A DNA stretch of 64,000 nt from Burkholderiales bacterium (GTDB lineage Bacteria > Pseudomonadota > Gammaproteobacteria > Burkholderiales > CAIKXV01). Below are positions 16,123-26,079 of the stretch, piece after piece. Location of the stretch: the NCBI GenBank assembly GCA_038205245.1, contig JBBRCD010000003.1:5794-69793 (forward strand), given 5' to 3'. Within the stretch, counting starts at the first letter, position 1. Each line of letters opens with the position of its first letter. The position numbers and the translations under genes are program-made. The notes beneath the pieces were generated by a model. It searched no databases. It had not been told where the DNA came from and worked only from the letters and a program-made list of their open reading frames with translations.

Positions 16123-16767
16123 ATGCCCAGACCCCTGCCGCCCTTCGATCGCACCCTGCTCATTCCGGGTGAACTCGCCAGGCTGCGTCCGCTGTCGACG
16201 CCGGCGAAGATCCAGGACTTTCTCACCGATCGCCTGTCCTGCAATCACGAACTCGCCGGTGACACCTGCCTGTCGGTGCGCGCCGTGCTGCGCGAGAAAC
16301 ACGCCCATTGCATTGAAGCCGCGTTCGTCGGCGCCTGCGCGCTCTGGCTGCACGGCGAGCCGCCGCTGCTGCTCGACCTGCATGCCGAGGGCCACGACTA
16401 CGACCACGTGATCGCAGTGTTCAGACGTAATGGCTGCTGGGGTGCGCTGTCCAAGAGCAATCACCTCTGGTACCGCTGGCGCGACCCGGTGTACCGCAGC
16501 CTGCGCGAGCTGGCGATGTCCTACTTCCACGAGTATGTGGACGGGTGCGGCGACAAGACGCTGCGCAGCTACTCGCAGCCGCTCGATCTCTCGCGCATCG
16601 ATCCGGCGTTATGGATCACCAACGCCGGCAACTGCTGGGAGATCGTGCCGCTGCTCGACCGGCTGCGGCATACCCGGCTGCTGCCGGCCGGCCAGCGCCG
16701 CTGGCTGCGCAGGCGCGACCGGTTCGAGCGCAAGGGCAATGCACTGGTCGAGTATCCCGAGCCGTAA
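16123..16767 (+). CDS. Conserved hypothetical protein, transglutaminase/papain-like Cys-His fold suspected
   Basis: Motifs STPAKIQDFL, HCIEAA, DHVIAVF, WGALSKSN, RDPVYRSLRELAMSYFHEY. Confidence 0.65.
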   Translation: MPRPLPPFDRTLLIPGELARLRPLSTPAKIQDFLTDRLSCNHELAGDTCLSVRAVLREKHAHCIEAAFVGACALWLHGEPPLLLDLHAEGHDYDHVIAVFRRNGCWGALSKSNHLWYRWRDPVYRSLRELAMSYFHEYVDGCGDKTLRSYSQPLDLSRIDPALWITNAGNCWEIVPLLDRLRHTRLLPAGQRRWLRRRDRFERKGNALVEYPEP

Positions 16768-16780
16768 AGCAGTTGGCGTT

Positions 16781-16901
16781 GGGGACAGACCCTGAGGGTC
16801 TGGCCCCTGATTCGAGCCATCGGCGTTGGGGACAGACCCTGAGGGTCTGGCCCCTGATTCGAGCCATCGGCGCTGGGGACAGACCCTGAGGGTCTGTCCC
16901 C
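16781..16901. repeat. Three tandem REP-like palindromes GGGGACAGACCC-TGA-GGGTCTG(G/T)CCCC, 47-bp period
   Basis: Copies start at 16781, 16828 and 16875 with near-identical 20-bp linkers, between convergent genes. Confidence 0.92.
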
Positions 16902-17873
16902 CTACCAGCCGCGCGAACTCACCACGGTGTTGCGCAGTACCCCGATACGCTCGAGTTCGCATTCGATGACATCGCCGGGCTGGCAGTAGCCCTTCGCCGG
17001 CACCAGAGGCTCGCCGCCATCGCCACCGATCCACTTGCCACCCAGTTCCGCGTCGGTGGACCAGGCGGTACCCCCGGGCGTGCCGGTGATGATCACCATG
17101 CCAGGCTTCAGGGTGAGGTTGATCGAGAAGAAGTGGATCAGCTCGGCGCAGGACCAGATCATGTTGCCGGTCGAGGCCGACTGACGCAGCTCGCCGTTGA
17201 TTCGGGTACGCAGGCGAAGCGCCTGCGGGTTCGGGATCTCGTCTGCAGTGGTGATCCACGGACCGATCGGTGCTGCGCTGTCGAACACCTTGCCACGGCC
17301 CAGTTCGTACCAGGTCGAGCCGTCCGGTTTCCTGCGCACCTGCCGGTCGCGCGCAGTCACATCGTTGACGATCGTATAGCCGAACACATGCTCCAGCGCC
17401 CGCTCTACCGGGATATGCCGTCCCGGCTTGCCGATGACGATCGCCAGCTCGGTTTCACAATCCAGCTTGGTGGTCAGCCGTTCATCATGAATGATGTTTG
17501 CCTCGGGGCCGATCACGCAGTCGGCGGTCTTGATGAAGAACTCCGGCTCCTTGCCCGAGATCGGCGCCGCCGCCTTCTCCTTGTTGTGATCGTGATAGTT
17601 GCTGCCGCTGCACAGGATGGTCGAGGGCAACAGCGGGGGCGCCAGGCGCAGCGTCTTGAGCGCGCGCACTGCAGCTGCGGGCGGCTGCGAGATCAGCCGG
17701 GCCGCCAGTTCTTGCGCCGGGGCGCCGGCGCGGATGAACGATACACAGTCGGTGAACCATGCCGCCTCGGGCGCCTCGGGCTGGTCAAGCGCGCGCAGGG
17801 CGTCGACCACCCCGGCGCCATTGATCAGCCCGAGCCGCTCGGTCCCGTCCTCTAAATACGTCAACACCTTCAT
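16902..17873 (-). CDS. Fumarylacetoacetate hydrolase family protein
   Basis: ILCSGSNY..H, PEFFIK, DCETELAIVIG, GYTIVNDVTARD, GKVFD..PIGP, TGTPGG. Confidence 0.9.
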   Translation of the reverse strand: MKVLTYLEDGTERLGLINGAGVVDALRALDQPEAPEAAWFTDCVSFIRAGAPAQELAARLISQPPAAAVRALKTLRLAPPLLPSTILCSGSNYHDHNKEKAAAPISGKEPEFFIKTADCVIGPEANIIHDERLTTKLDCETELAIVIGKPGRHIPVERALEHVFGYTIVNDVTARDRQVRRKPDGSTWYELGRGKVFDSAAPIGPWITTADEIPNPQALRLRTRINGELRQSASTGNMIWSCAELIHFFSINLTLKPGMVIITGTPGGTAWSTDAELGGKWIGGDGGEPLVPAKGYCQPGDVIECELERIGVLRNTVVSSRGW

Positions 17874-17919
17874 GCTGAAATCCTCATGTTGTCCTGGCAC
17901 GCACCCGGTGTTGCCAGCC

Positions 17920-18900
17920 CTACTCCAGCTTGCCCATGCGCCGCACCACTTCGGCCAGCCGCTTCGAATCGCGCTGCAGAAACTCGTCGAACTCCGCACC
18001 CTGCAGATGCAGGATCGGGGTCTCGATGGTGGCCATCGTCTTGCGGAACGACTCCTCGCCGACCGACTCCTTCACCACCGCACGCAGCCGGGTGAGTATG
18101 TCTGCTGGCAGCCCGGCCGGCGCGAACAGACCCGACCAGATGTAGAACTCGGCGTCAAAACCCAGCTCACGCATGGTCGGGACTTCCGGGAACGCCTTCA
18201 GTCGCTGCGCACCCCATGAGCCGAGCATACGCACCTTGCCGGCCTTGGCATGCTGACTGCCGACGCCAGGCGCCTGCGCGGTCACCTCGACCTGTCCACC
18301 CAGCAGTGCGGTCATCGACGGACCACCGCCCCCGAACGGCACATGCAGGAGCTGAATACCGGCGGCCTGCCAGAGCATCTCCATCGCGACATGGGTCGCG
18401 CCATAGATGCCGGAAGTACCGAAAGTGATCTTGCCCGGGCGCTCGCGGGCGTCCTTCACCAGATCGGCCACGCTCTTCCACGGACTGTCGGCGCGCACCA
18501 GCAGCACGGTCGGATCGGCTGAAATCAGCGCGATCGGCACGAACTGGTTCACCGTGTAGGACGGTGCGCGGCCATTGAGCCGGTCGGCTTCGGGAATCAC
18601 CAGGATGCTCGACAGCGCCATCAGCAGCGTATAGCCATCCGGCCGCTGCTTCGAGGCATAGGCCATGCCGACGCCACCGCCCGCACCAGGCCGGTTCTCT
18701 ATCACGATCGGCTGCCCGAGCGATTTCGTCATCGCTTGTGCCAGAGGCCGGCCGGTGATGTCCGCAATGCCGCCGGGCGGGAACGGCACCACCATGGTGA
18801 TCGGACGGCTTGGATAGGGCGCAGCCGGCTGCGCCAGCGCGAGCGACGCGCTCGCAGCCAGCGCCAGACCGGCGGCTCGAATGATGGACAGACTGCGCAT
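17920..18900 (-). CDS. Bug/TctC substrate-binding protein
   Basis: YPSRPITMVVPFPPGGIAD, ENRPGAGG, DGYTLL, HVPFGGGG. Confidence 0.92.
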   Translation of the reverse strand: MRSLSIIRAAGLALAASASLALAQPAAPYPSRPITMVVPFPPGGIADITGRPLAQAMTKSLGQPIVIENRPGAGGGVGMAYASKQRPDGYTLLMALSSILVIPEADRLNGRAPSYTVNQFVPIALISADPTVLLVRADSPWKSVADLVKDARERPGKITFGTSGIYGATHVAMEMLWQAAGIQLLHVPFGGGGPSMTALLGGQVEVTAQAPGVGSQHAKAGKVRMLGSWGAQRLKAFPEVPTMRELGFDAEFYIWSGLFAPAGLPADILTRLRAVVKESVGEESFRKTMATIETPILHLQGAEFDEFLQRDSKRLAEVVRRMGKLE

Positions 18901-18972
18901 GGCTCACTTTCCTCCGTTTACCGGTCGACCCGGAAGACTGCGCCTCCTGGGGTGGCCGACCGTCGGGCGGGA

Positions 18973-21690
18973 TTATGCCGTGTCCGCGCTGCCGTGCACG
19001 GCCGAGCGGGCCATGTCGGCGATCGACCGCGCATCGACCCCGAAGAACGCGCGCAGTGCCTGCCGGGTGTCGCTGCGGCCGAAGCCGTCGGTACCGAGAC
19101 TCACATAGCGGCGCGGGGTCCACGCGCGGATGAGGTCGGGCAGCGCGCGCACATAATCGGTCGCGGCGATCACCGGCGCGTCGCTGCCTCGCAGGCACTG
19201 CTCTACCCACGGTGTGCGGCGCTGCTCGGGATGCGCCCGGTTCCAGTCGTCACAGGCCAGGGCGTCCCGGCGCAGTTCGGTGAAGCTGGTGACACTCCAT
19301 ACCTCGGCGTTGATGCCGTGCTCGCGCTCCAGCAGTTCAGCGGCGGCCAGCACTTCGCGCAGGATGGTGCCGCTGCCCAGCAGCGTGACCCGATTCACAG
19401 CCGGCGCCGCATCTGACGACACGGCCGGCGGCGCATCCGACGACACGGCCGGAGGCGTATCTGGCAGCGCTTCTGGCAGCGCATCTTGCGGCGCTCCCGG
19501 CGCACTGGCGTTGTACTCGCGCACCCGGTGCATGCCGCGCAGGATGGCCTGCTCTGCACCCGCCGGCAACGCGGGCTGCGGGTAGTTCTCGTTCATCACG
19601 GTGACGTAGTAGAAGACATCCTCCTGTACTTCGAGCATGCGGCGCATGCCCTCGCGCACGATGGTGGTCACCTCGTAGCCGAAGCAGGGATCGTAGGCGA
19701 CACAGTTCGGATAGGTCGAGGCGATCAGGTGGCTCGTTCCGTCCTGGTGCTGCAGGCCTTCGCCCGAGAGTGTGGTGCGCCCCGCGGTGGCCCCGATCAG
19801 AAAGCCGCGCGAGCGCATGTCGGCGGCGGCCCAGATCAGATCGCCGATGCGCTGAAAGCCGAAGATCGAATAGAAGGTATAGAACGGCAGCATCGGCAGG
19901 CCGTGGGTCGAGTAGCTGGTCGCCGCCGCCAGCCAGGACGAGATCGCCCCGGCTTCGGTGATGCCTTCCTCCAGGATCTGCCCGTCGCGCGCTTCCTTGT
20001 AGTAGACCAGCTCGTCGCGATCCTCCGGTTCGTACAACTGGCCGACGGCGGAATAGATCGCCACCTGCCGGAACAGCGACTGCATGCCGAAGGTGCGTGC
20101 CTCGTCGGCGACGATCGGCACGATCCGCTGGCCGATCGCCGGGTCCTTGAGCAACTGGCCGAGCATCTGCACGAACACCATCGTGGTCGACTGCTCGCGT
20201 CCGTTCGACCCCTCGAGCAGCTTCGTGAAGGTATCGAGCGCGGGCACCGGCAGCACCGGCGCCGCACTGATCCGCTCGGGCAGGTAACCCCCGAGTGCGG
20301 CGCGCCTGGCATGCAGGTAGCGCATCTCGGGACTGTCGTCGTCCGGTCGATGGAAACGAAGCTGCGCCACGTCGTCCCTGGAGATCGGCAGCGCGAAGCG
20401 GTCGCGAAAGGCGAGCAGCGCCTCCTCGTCGAGTTTCTTCTGCTGATGGGTGCCCATCCGGCCCTGGCCCCAGTGGCCCATGCCATAGCCCTTCTTGGTC
20501 TGGGCGAGGATCACGGTCGGCTGTCCGCGATGGCGCAGCGCTGCGTGATACGCCGAATGGATCTTCACCGGGTCATGCCCGCCGCGCCTGAGCCGGTCGA
20601 TGTCGGCATCGGTGAGATGGGCGACCAGCTTCTGCAGTTCCGGATATCGGTTGAAGAAGTTCTCGCGGTTGAACGCGCCATCGGTCGCCGCGTACTTCTG
20701 GAACTCGCCATCGACCGTCTCGTGCAGACGGCGCAGCAGCACATCGTCATGGTCGCGCGCGAACAGCGGGTCCCAGTCAGAGCCCCAGAGCAGCTTGATC
20801 ACGTTCCAGCCGGCACCGGCGAACAGGCCCTCGAGCTCCTGGATGATCGAGCCGTTGCCGCGCACCGGACCGTCCAGGCGCTGCAGGTTGCAGTTGACCA
20901 CGAAGATCAGGTTGTCCAGACCCTCTCGACTGGCCAGCGACAGCCCGGCGAGCGACTCCGGCTCGTCCATCTCGCCGTCACCGACGAAAGCCCATACCTT
21001 GCGGGCGGCGGTTGCGAGCAGACCGCGATGCTCCAGATAGCGAAGGAAGCGTGCCTGGTAGATCGCGTTGATCGGACCCAGGCCCATCGAGGCACAGGCG
21101 AACTGCCAGAACTGCGGCATCAGCCAGGGATGCGGATACGACGGCAGGCCGCGGCCGCCGGTTTCGCGCCGGTAGTGATCGAGCTGATCCTCGCTGATCC
21201 GGCCTTCCAGGAAGGCCCGGGCATAGACGCCGGTGGCCGAATGCGGCTGGAGATAGACCAGATCGCCGTCCTGCCCGGCACGGAAGAAATGATTGAAGCC
21301 GACCTCGAACAGGTCGGCTGCCGAGGCATAGCTCGCGATATGGCCGCCCAGCTCGGGATGCGCGCGGTTGGCCCGCACCACCATCGCCAGGGCGTTCCAG
21401 CGGATGATCGCCGACAGGCGGTTCTCGATATCCAGGTCGCCCGGATACTGTGGCTGATCTTCCAGCGCAATCGAATTGCAGTACGGGGTGTTCAGCACCG
21501 GCGGCAGCGGTACCCGCTTCGCGCGCGCGAGCTCGAACAGTTTTCTCAGCAGGAACGTGGCCCGCTCGGCGCCTTCGCGCGCAATCGTCTGCTCGAAGGC
21601 CTCCAGCCATTCCCGGGTCTCGTCCGGATCCAGGTCAGGCGGCGCGACCCGCAGGAAGGCGCGCGCTGCAAGGTCGGTGAGATTGGTCAT
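18973..21690 (-). CDS. mdeB: Homodimeric 2-oxoacid dehydrogenase E1 (AceE/MdeB type)
   Basis: DLDPDETREWLEA, GGHIASYAS, TPP motif GDGEMDEPES...NCNLQRLDGPV, EGLQHQDG. The divergent Lrp regulator and the absence of aceF/lpd favour the MdeB subtype. Confidence 0.75.
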   Translation of the reverse strand: MTNLTDLAARAFLRVAPPDLDPDETREWLEAFEQTIAREGAERATFLLRKLFELARAKRVPLPPVLNTPYCNSIALEDQPQYPGDLDIENRLSAIIRWNALAMVVRANRAHPELGGHIASYASAADLFEVGFNHFFRAGQDGDLVYLQPHSATGVYARAFLEGRISEDQLDHYRRETGGRGLPSYPHPWLMPQFWQFACASMGLGPINAIYQARFLRYLEHRGLLATAARKVWAFVGDGEMDEPESLAGLSLASREGLDNLIFVVNCNLQRLDGPVRGNGSIIQELEGLFAGAGWNVIKLLWGSDWDPLFARDHDDVLLRRLHETVDGEFQKYAATDGAFNRENFFNRYPELQKLVAHLTDADIDRLRRGGHDPVKIHSAYHAALRHRGQPTVILAQTKKGYGMGHWGQGRMGTHQQKKLDEEALLAFRDRFALPISRDDVAQLRFHRPDDDSPEMRYLHARRAALGGYLPERISAAPVLPVPALDTFTKLLEGSNGREQSTTMVFVQMLGQLLKDPAIGQRIVPIVADEARTFGMQSLFRQVAIYSAVGQLYEPEDRDELVYYKEARDGQILEEGITEAGAISSWLAAATSYSTHGLPMLPFYTFYSIFGFQRIGDLIWAAADMRSRGFLIGATAGRTTLSGEGLQHQDGTSHLIASTYPNCVAYDPCFGYEVTTIVREGMRRMLEVQEDVFYYVTVMNENYPQPALPAGAEQAILRGMHRVREYNASAPGAPQDALPEALPDTPPAVSSDAPPAVSSDAAPAVNRVTLLGSGTILREVLAAAELLEREHGINAEVWSVTSFTELRRDALACDDWNRAHPEQRRTPWVEQCLRGSDAPVIAATDYVRALPDLIRAWTPRRYVSLGTDGFGRSDTRQALRAFFGVDARSIADMARSAVHGSADTA

Positions 21691-21824
21691 GGGCGGCACG
21701 CTCCTGCGCGATTCGGTTCACCACCATGGTAATGGTGGAGCACTGGAAGTTGCTGCCGAACAGGCGTGTCAGAAGTGCTTTTTACGGCATATCATGCTGC
21801 ATTCATCCGTTCTGTTGAAATAAC

Positions 21825-22451
21825 ATGCCGCCAGCACTGCCCCGACCATCGTCACCCCCGACGCGCAGAGCCGCGCTCGATCCGACCGACCTGCGCATCC
21901 TCGACCGCCTGCAGCAGGACGCGCGGATATCGAATGTCGACCTCGCCCAGGCGGTCAACCTGTCGCCCTCGCCCTGCCTCGCGCGGGTGCGTGCGCTGGA
22001 GGCCTCAGGGGTGATCGATCGCCATGTCACCCTGCTCGACCCGGCCTCGGTCGGCCTGGATGTGATCGTATTCATCCAGGTCGCGCTGGAAAAGCAGGTC
22101 GAGCCGATGCTGGACAAGTTCGAGAAGGCGGTGCGCGACCGGCCCGAGGTGATGGAGTGCTACCTGATGACCGGCGACTCGGACTACCTGCTTCGGGTGA
22201 TCGTGCCCGATGTGCGTGCGCTCGAACGGTTCATCGTCGATGTGCTGTCCCGACTGCCCGGCGTGGGCAACATCAAGTCCAGTTTGGCGCTCAAGCAGGT
22301 GAAGTATCAGACCGCGCTTCCCTTGCGCGCGGCCGCCGGGGAGACGCAGGCGCGGCCAGCGGATTTTCGCACCCCCGGTCGCGCTCCCGGCCACACCCCC
22401 GGCCAGAGTCCCAGCCACAATCCCGGTCCGAGTCCTGGCCGCAGGCGCTGA
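21825..22451 (+). CDS. Lrp/AsnC family transcriptional regulator (BkdR/MdeR-like)
   Basis: [45 protein letters not shown]; [15 protein letters not shown]. Confidence 0.93.
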   Translation: MPPALPRPSSPPTRRAALDPTDLRILDRLQQDARISNVDLAQAVNLSPSPCLARVRALEASGVIDRHVTLLDPASVGLDVIVFIQVALEKQVEPMLDKFEKAVRDRPEVMECYLMTGDSDYLLRVIVPDVRALERFIVDVLSRLPGVGNIKSSLALKQVKYQTALPLRAAAGETQARPADFRTPGRAPGHTPGQSPSHNPGPSPGRRR

Positions 22452-22478
22452 CCAGGAAGCCCTTGCACTTCGCCCAGG

Positions 22479-23453
22479 TCAATCGGTGGCGCGTGCCCCG
22501 GAGCGCTTGACCAGTTCCGCGTATTTCGCCACCTCCTTCTTCAGAAACGCGGTGAACTCGACCGGGGGCATGAACACGCCTTCGGCGCCGTCGCGCTCGA
22601 ACGCCGCGCGCACATCCGGGTGCGCATGCACCTTGCGCAGTTCCTCAACCCAGCGGTCGACGATCGGGCGGGGCGTGCCGACCGGCAGCCAGGCGCCGTA
22701 CCAGATGTCGGTATCGAAGCCCGGAAAGAACGACGCCATGGTCGGCACGCCGGGCAGCGCCGCAGCCGGGCGCGGCGTGGTCACGGCGAGCGCCCGCAGC
22801 TTGCCAGCGCGGATATGCGGCAACGCACTGATGCTGGCGACGAAACCCATGTCGACCTCGCCGCCAAGCAGTGCTGCGATCACCGCGCCCGCGCCCTTGT
22901 AGGGAATATGGGTCAGTTCGATGTTGGCTGAACTCTTGAACAGCTCGCCCGACAGGTGGCTGGTGGTGCCGGTGCCATTCGAGCCGAAATTGAGCCCGCC
23001 CTTGCGCTTCTTCGACAGGGCGACCAGTTCCTTCGGCGACTTCACCGGTACCAGCGGATGGGTGACCAGCGTCAGCGGCGCACTGGCCAGAAAAGCGACC
23101 GGCTGCAGATCGTTGAACAGGCTGTAGTTGAGCTTCGGGTAGAGCGAGACGTTCACCGCGATCGAGTTGGTGGTGACCATCACGGTGTAGCCGTCAGCAG
23201 GCGCCTTGGCGGCAATCTCGGCGCCGAGGTTGCCGCCAGCGCCGGCCCGGTTGTCGACCGCGACGGTCTGCCCGAACGATTCGGACAGGCGGGCGGCGAA
23301 CTGGCGGCCGATGATGTCGGTGCCCCCGCCAGGCGCGAATGGCACCACCATGCGGATCGGCTTTGTCGGGAACTGCTGCGCAGAGGCAGTCATCGGGACC
23401 AGCCCGAGCGCGGCTGCGATCAACGCGCTGAAGCAACGCGAGTGTCTGGACAC
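22479..23453 (-). CDS. Bug/TctC substrate-binding protein
   Basis: GTG start after GAAGGAG; FPTKPIRMVVPFAPGGGTD, DGYT, HIPYKG. Confidence 0.9.
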   Translation of the reverse strand: MSRHSRCFSALIAAALGLVPMTASAQQFPTKPIRMVVPFAPGGGTDIIGRQFAARLSESFGQTVAVDNRAGAGGNLGAEIAAKAPADGYTVMVTTNSIAVNVSLYPKLNYSLFNDLQPVAFLASAPLTLVTHPLVPVKSPKELVALSKKRKGGLNFGSNGTGTTSHLSGELFKSSANIELTHIPYKGAGAVIAALLGGEVDMGFVASISALPHIRAGKLRALAVTTPRPAAALPGVPTMASFFPGFDTDIWYGAWLPVGTPRPIVDRWVEELRKVHAHPDVRAAFERDGAEGVFMPPVEFTAFLKKEVAKYAELVKRSGARATD

Positions 23454-23566
23454 GGTATCTCCTTCGAAGGGTACTGATCGGGGGGGCTTGAACGCCACCT
23501 TGCAATACTGACCAAGGATGGTGCACGCGAGCGCTGCGCAAGGCAAGCCGATCGTCTGCCTCAAGG

Positions 23567-23678
23567 GGGGACAGACCCTGAGGGTCCGTCCCCTCGCCGC
23601 TACTCGAGCGCACTCGAAGTTCGAACTCTGCCGCAAGCGGGAGGCCGGGACAGACCCTCAGGGGTCAGGTCTGTCCCC
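23567..23678. repeat. Two REP-like palindromes (23567-23593 and 23647-23678)
   Basis: GGGGACAGACCCTGAGGGTCCGTCCCC and GGGACAGACCCTCAGGGGTCAGGTCTGTCCCC; same family as 16781-16901. Confidence 0.88.
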
Positions 23679-23684
23679 TGGTCG

Positions 23685-24845
23685 CTACTCGGACGCCCGT
23701 GTCCCGCCGCGATCGAACAGGATCGACCGATCGACCTGGCGGATGTCGGTCTTGCCGCAGAACGCCATGGTGATGTCGAGTTCCTTGCGGATGATCTGCA
23801 GGCAGCGGGTCACCCCCGCCTCGCCCATCGCGCCCAGACCATGCAGGAAGGCGCGCCCGATCATCGTCGACTTCGCGCCCAGCGCCACCGCGCGCAGTAC
23901 ATCCTGCCCTGAGCGGATGCCCCCATCGAACCACACTTCGATCCTCGGCCCGACCGCATCGACGATGGCAGGCAACGCTTCGATGGTCGACGGTGCGCCG
24001 TCGAGCTGGCGTCCGCCATGGTTGCTCACGACCAGCGCGTCGACCCCGGCATCGACCGCCAGACGCGCGTCTTCCGCATCCATGATGCCCTTGACGATGA
24101 GCGGCCCACCCCAGCGGCGCTTGATCCATTCCACATCGTGCCAGCCGAGCGTCGGATCGAACTGGGCGCTGGTCCAGGAAGCAAGGCTGGAGGTGTCGCC
24201 GACCCCCTTCACATGACCGACGATATTGCCGAACTGTCGGCGCGGTGTGCCCAGCATGTTGAGGCACCAGCGCGGCTTGGTGAGAAGATTGAGCAGGTTG
24301 ACCAGGGTCGGCCTGGGCGGCGTGGACAGACCGTTCTTCACGTCCTTGTGGCGCTGGCCCATGATGGTCAGGTCTAGGGTGAGCACCAGCGCCGAGCAGT
24401 TCGCCGCCTTCGCCCGGTCGATCAGCCGTTCGATGAACTCGCGATCGCGCAGCACATAGAGCTGGAACCAGAACGGCTTGCTGGTGCGCGCAGCGACATC
24501 CTCGATCGAACAGATGCTCATCGTCGACAGCGTGAACGGCACGCCGAACTGCTCGGCGGCACGCGCAGCCAGAATCTCGCCATCGGCCCACTGCATCCCG
24601 GTCAGGCCGGTCGGCGCCAGCGCGACTGGCATCGACACCGGCTGGCCGACCATCGTCGTCGCCAGCGAGCGGTTGTCGATGTCCATCGCGACCCGCTGGC
24701 GAAACTTGAGCTTCTGCAGATCGGTCTGATTCGAGCGATAGGTGCTCTCGGTCCAGGCCCCGGAGTCGCAGTAGTCGTAGAACATCCGCGGCGCGCGCTT
24801 CTCGTGCAGGACGCGCAGGTCTTCGATGTCGGTGATCACGGTCAA
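23685..24845 (-). CDS. lldD: FMN-dependent alpha-hydroxy acid dehydrogenase (L-lactate dehydrogenase LldD-like)
   Basis: TTG start (LTVITDIEDLR); APTG, STMS, WFQLY, SNHGGRQLD, DGGIRSGQD. Confidence 0.8.
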   Translation of the reverse strand: MTVITDIEDLRVLHEKRAPRMFYDYCDSGAWTESTYRSNQTDLQKLKFRQRVAMDIDNRSLATTMVGQPVSMPVALAPTGLTGMQWADGEILAARAAEQFGVPFTLSTMSICSIEDVAARTSKPFWFQLYVLRDREFIERLIDRAKAANCSALVLTLDLTIMGQRHKDVKNGLSTPPRPTLVNLLNLLTKPRWCLNMLGTPRRQFGNIVGHVKGVGDTSSLASWTSAQFDPTLGWHDVEWIKRRWGGPLIVKGIMDAEDARLAVDAGVDALVVSNHGGRQLDGAPSTIEALPAIVDAVGPRIEVWFDGGIRSGQDVLRAVALGAKSTMIGRAFLHGLGAMGEAGVTRCLQIIRKELDITMAFCGKTDIRQVDRSILFDRGGTRASE

Positions 24846-24858
24846 GGCGGATCCCCGG

Positions 24859-26079
24859 TCAGTTGACCACGCGGCCGGCACGGTAGCGCAGCAGCGACTG
24901 CAGATCGGGCTCCACACCCAGGCCCGCTGCGGCCGACATCACCCAGTGACCGTCTTCGATCAGCGGTGCCGGTTGCGCCAAGGCATCGCGCAGCGGATTC
25001 GGATTCGAATCGACCTCGAGCAGGCCCTCGCCGCCGACTGCAGCAAGCAGGTGCGCCGAGGCATTCAGGCCGATGCCCCCGCCCAGGTAGTGCGGGCAGT
25101 AGACGAGCCCGGCGGCGACGATCGCTGAGCCGACATCGAAACAGCCGCTGATGCCACCCCACTTGATCACGTCCGGTTGCACGTAACTCAGCGCGCCGCC
25201 GGCCAGCGCCGCGGCGAACTCGGCCCGGCCACGCAGGTTCTCGCCTGCAGCCAGCCGGATCGGCGAGCGCTCGGCGAAGCTGCGCCAGGTCTGCACCGGC
25301 GTGTCCGCTGGCATCGGTTCTTCCAGCCAGAGCGGATCGGCTTCGGCCATGCGCGCGGCCATCGCCAGTCCGGTCTCCAGGTCCCAGGCCTGGTTCGCGT
25401 CGATCATCAGGGTCGCAGCAGTCCCGAGCGCGGAGCGCAGATCGCGCAAATTGCCCAGGTCCCGGTCCAGGCCGAACCCGACCTTGAGCTTGAAAGCGCG
25501 AAAGCCGAGGTCACGCTGCGCCAGGGCGACTTCCACCGGGCGGGTGGGATTGATGCCGCTGGCGTAAACAGGCACCCGTGCTGACACCCGCGCTGGGACC
25601 CGCGCCGCCCCGCCCGCCGCCCCATCCGCCGCCCCGTCTGCAGGCAGGCGCGCCGCGGCCTCGGGGTTGAGGCAGCGCCACAGCGGCAGACCGGCGCGGC
25701 GCGACACCAGATCCCAGGCGGCGATATCCAGGCCGGCGATCGCCTGGGCGAACGGTCCCGGCTCGTCGGTCTGCAGGACCAGCACCCGGGTGCGCCGGGT
25801 GAGGTTGTCGAACAGCGCAGCTGGCGATTCATGCGCGCTCTCGAGGGCGAGTGGTGCGAGGACTTCCTCGATCAGCCGCGCACGATGCTCGGCGCCATCG
25901 GGCGGCCAGTTGGAGAACACTTCACCCCAGCCGTGCGCGCCCTCGGTGTCCTCGATGCGTACCGCAAGAGCTGCACGGCTCTTCATCATGCCGAATGAAT
26001 TGCGCACCGGTTCGGCGAGCGGTACACGCCAGACGAAAGTGTCGACGCGGGCAAGGCGAAGCGTGCGCTGGGTCGTCAT
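24859..26079 (-). CDS. Mandelate racemase/muconate lactonizing enzyme family (enolase superfamily)
   Basis: GWGE, AGLDIAAWD, KLKVG, MIDANQ, WLEEP, AGEN, QPDVIKWGG, CPH. Confidence 0.9.
   Translation of the reverse strand: MTTQRTLRLARVDTFVWRVPLAEPVRNSFGMMKSRAALAVRIEDTEGAHGWGEVFSNWPPDGAEHRARLIEEVLAPLALESAHESPAALFDNLTRRTRVLVLQTDEPGPFAQAIAGLDIAAWDLVSRRAGLPLWRCLNPEAAARLPADGAADGAAGGAARVPARVSARVPVYASGINPTRPVEVALAQRDLGFRAFKLKVGFGLDRDLGNLRDLRSALGTAATLMIDANQAWDLETGLAMAARMAEADPLWLEEPMPADTPVQTWRSFAERSPIRLAAGENLRGRAEFAAALAGGALSYVQPDVIKWGGISGCFDVGSAIVAAGLVYCPHYLGGGIGLNASAHLLAAVGGEGLLEVDSNPNPLRDALAQPAPLIEDGHWVMSAAAGLGVEPDLQSLLRYRAGRVVN

Noticed and set aside
16781-16901. Possible CRISPR array
   Set aside because: The 20-bp linkers are near-identical rather than unique, there are only three units, no cas genes are present, and the same palindrome occurs singly elsewhere. 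This fits a REP-like repeat.
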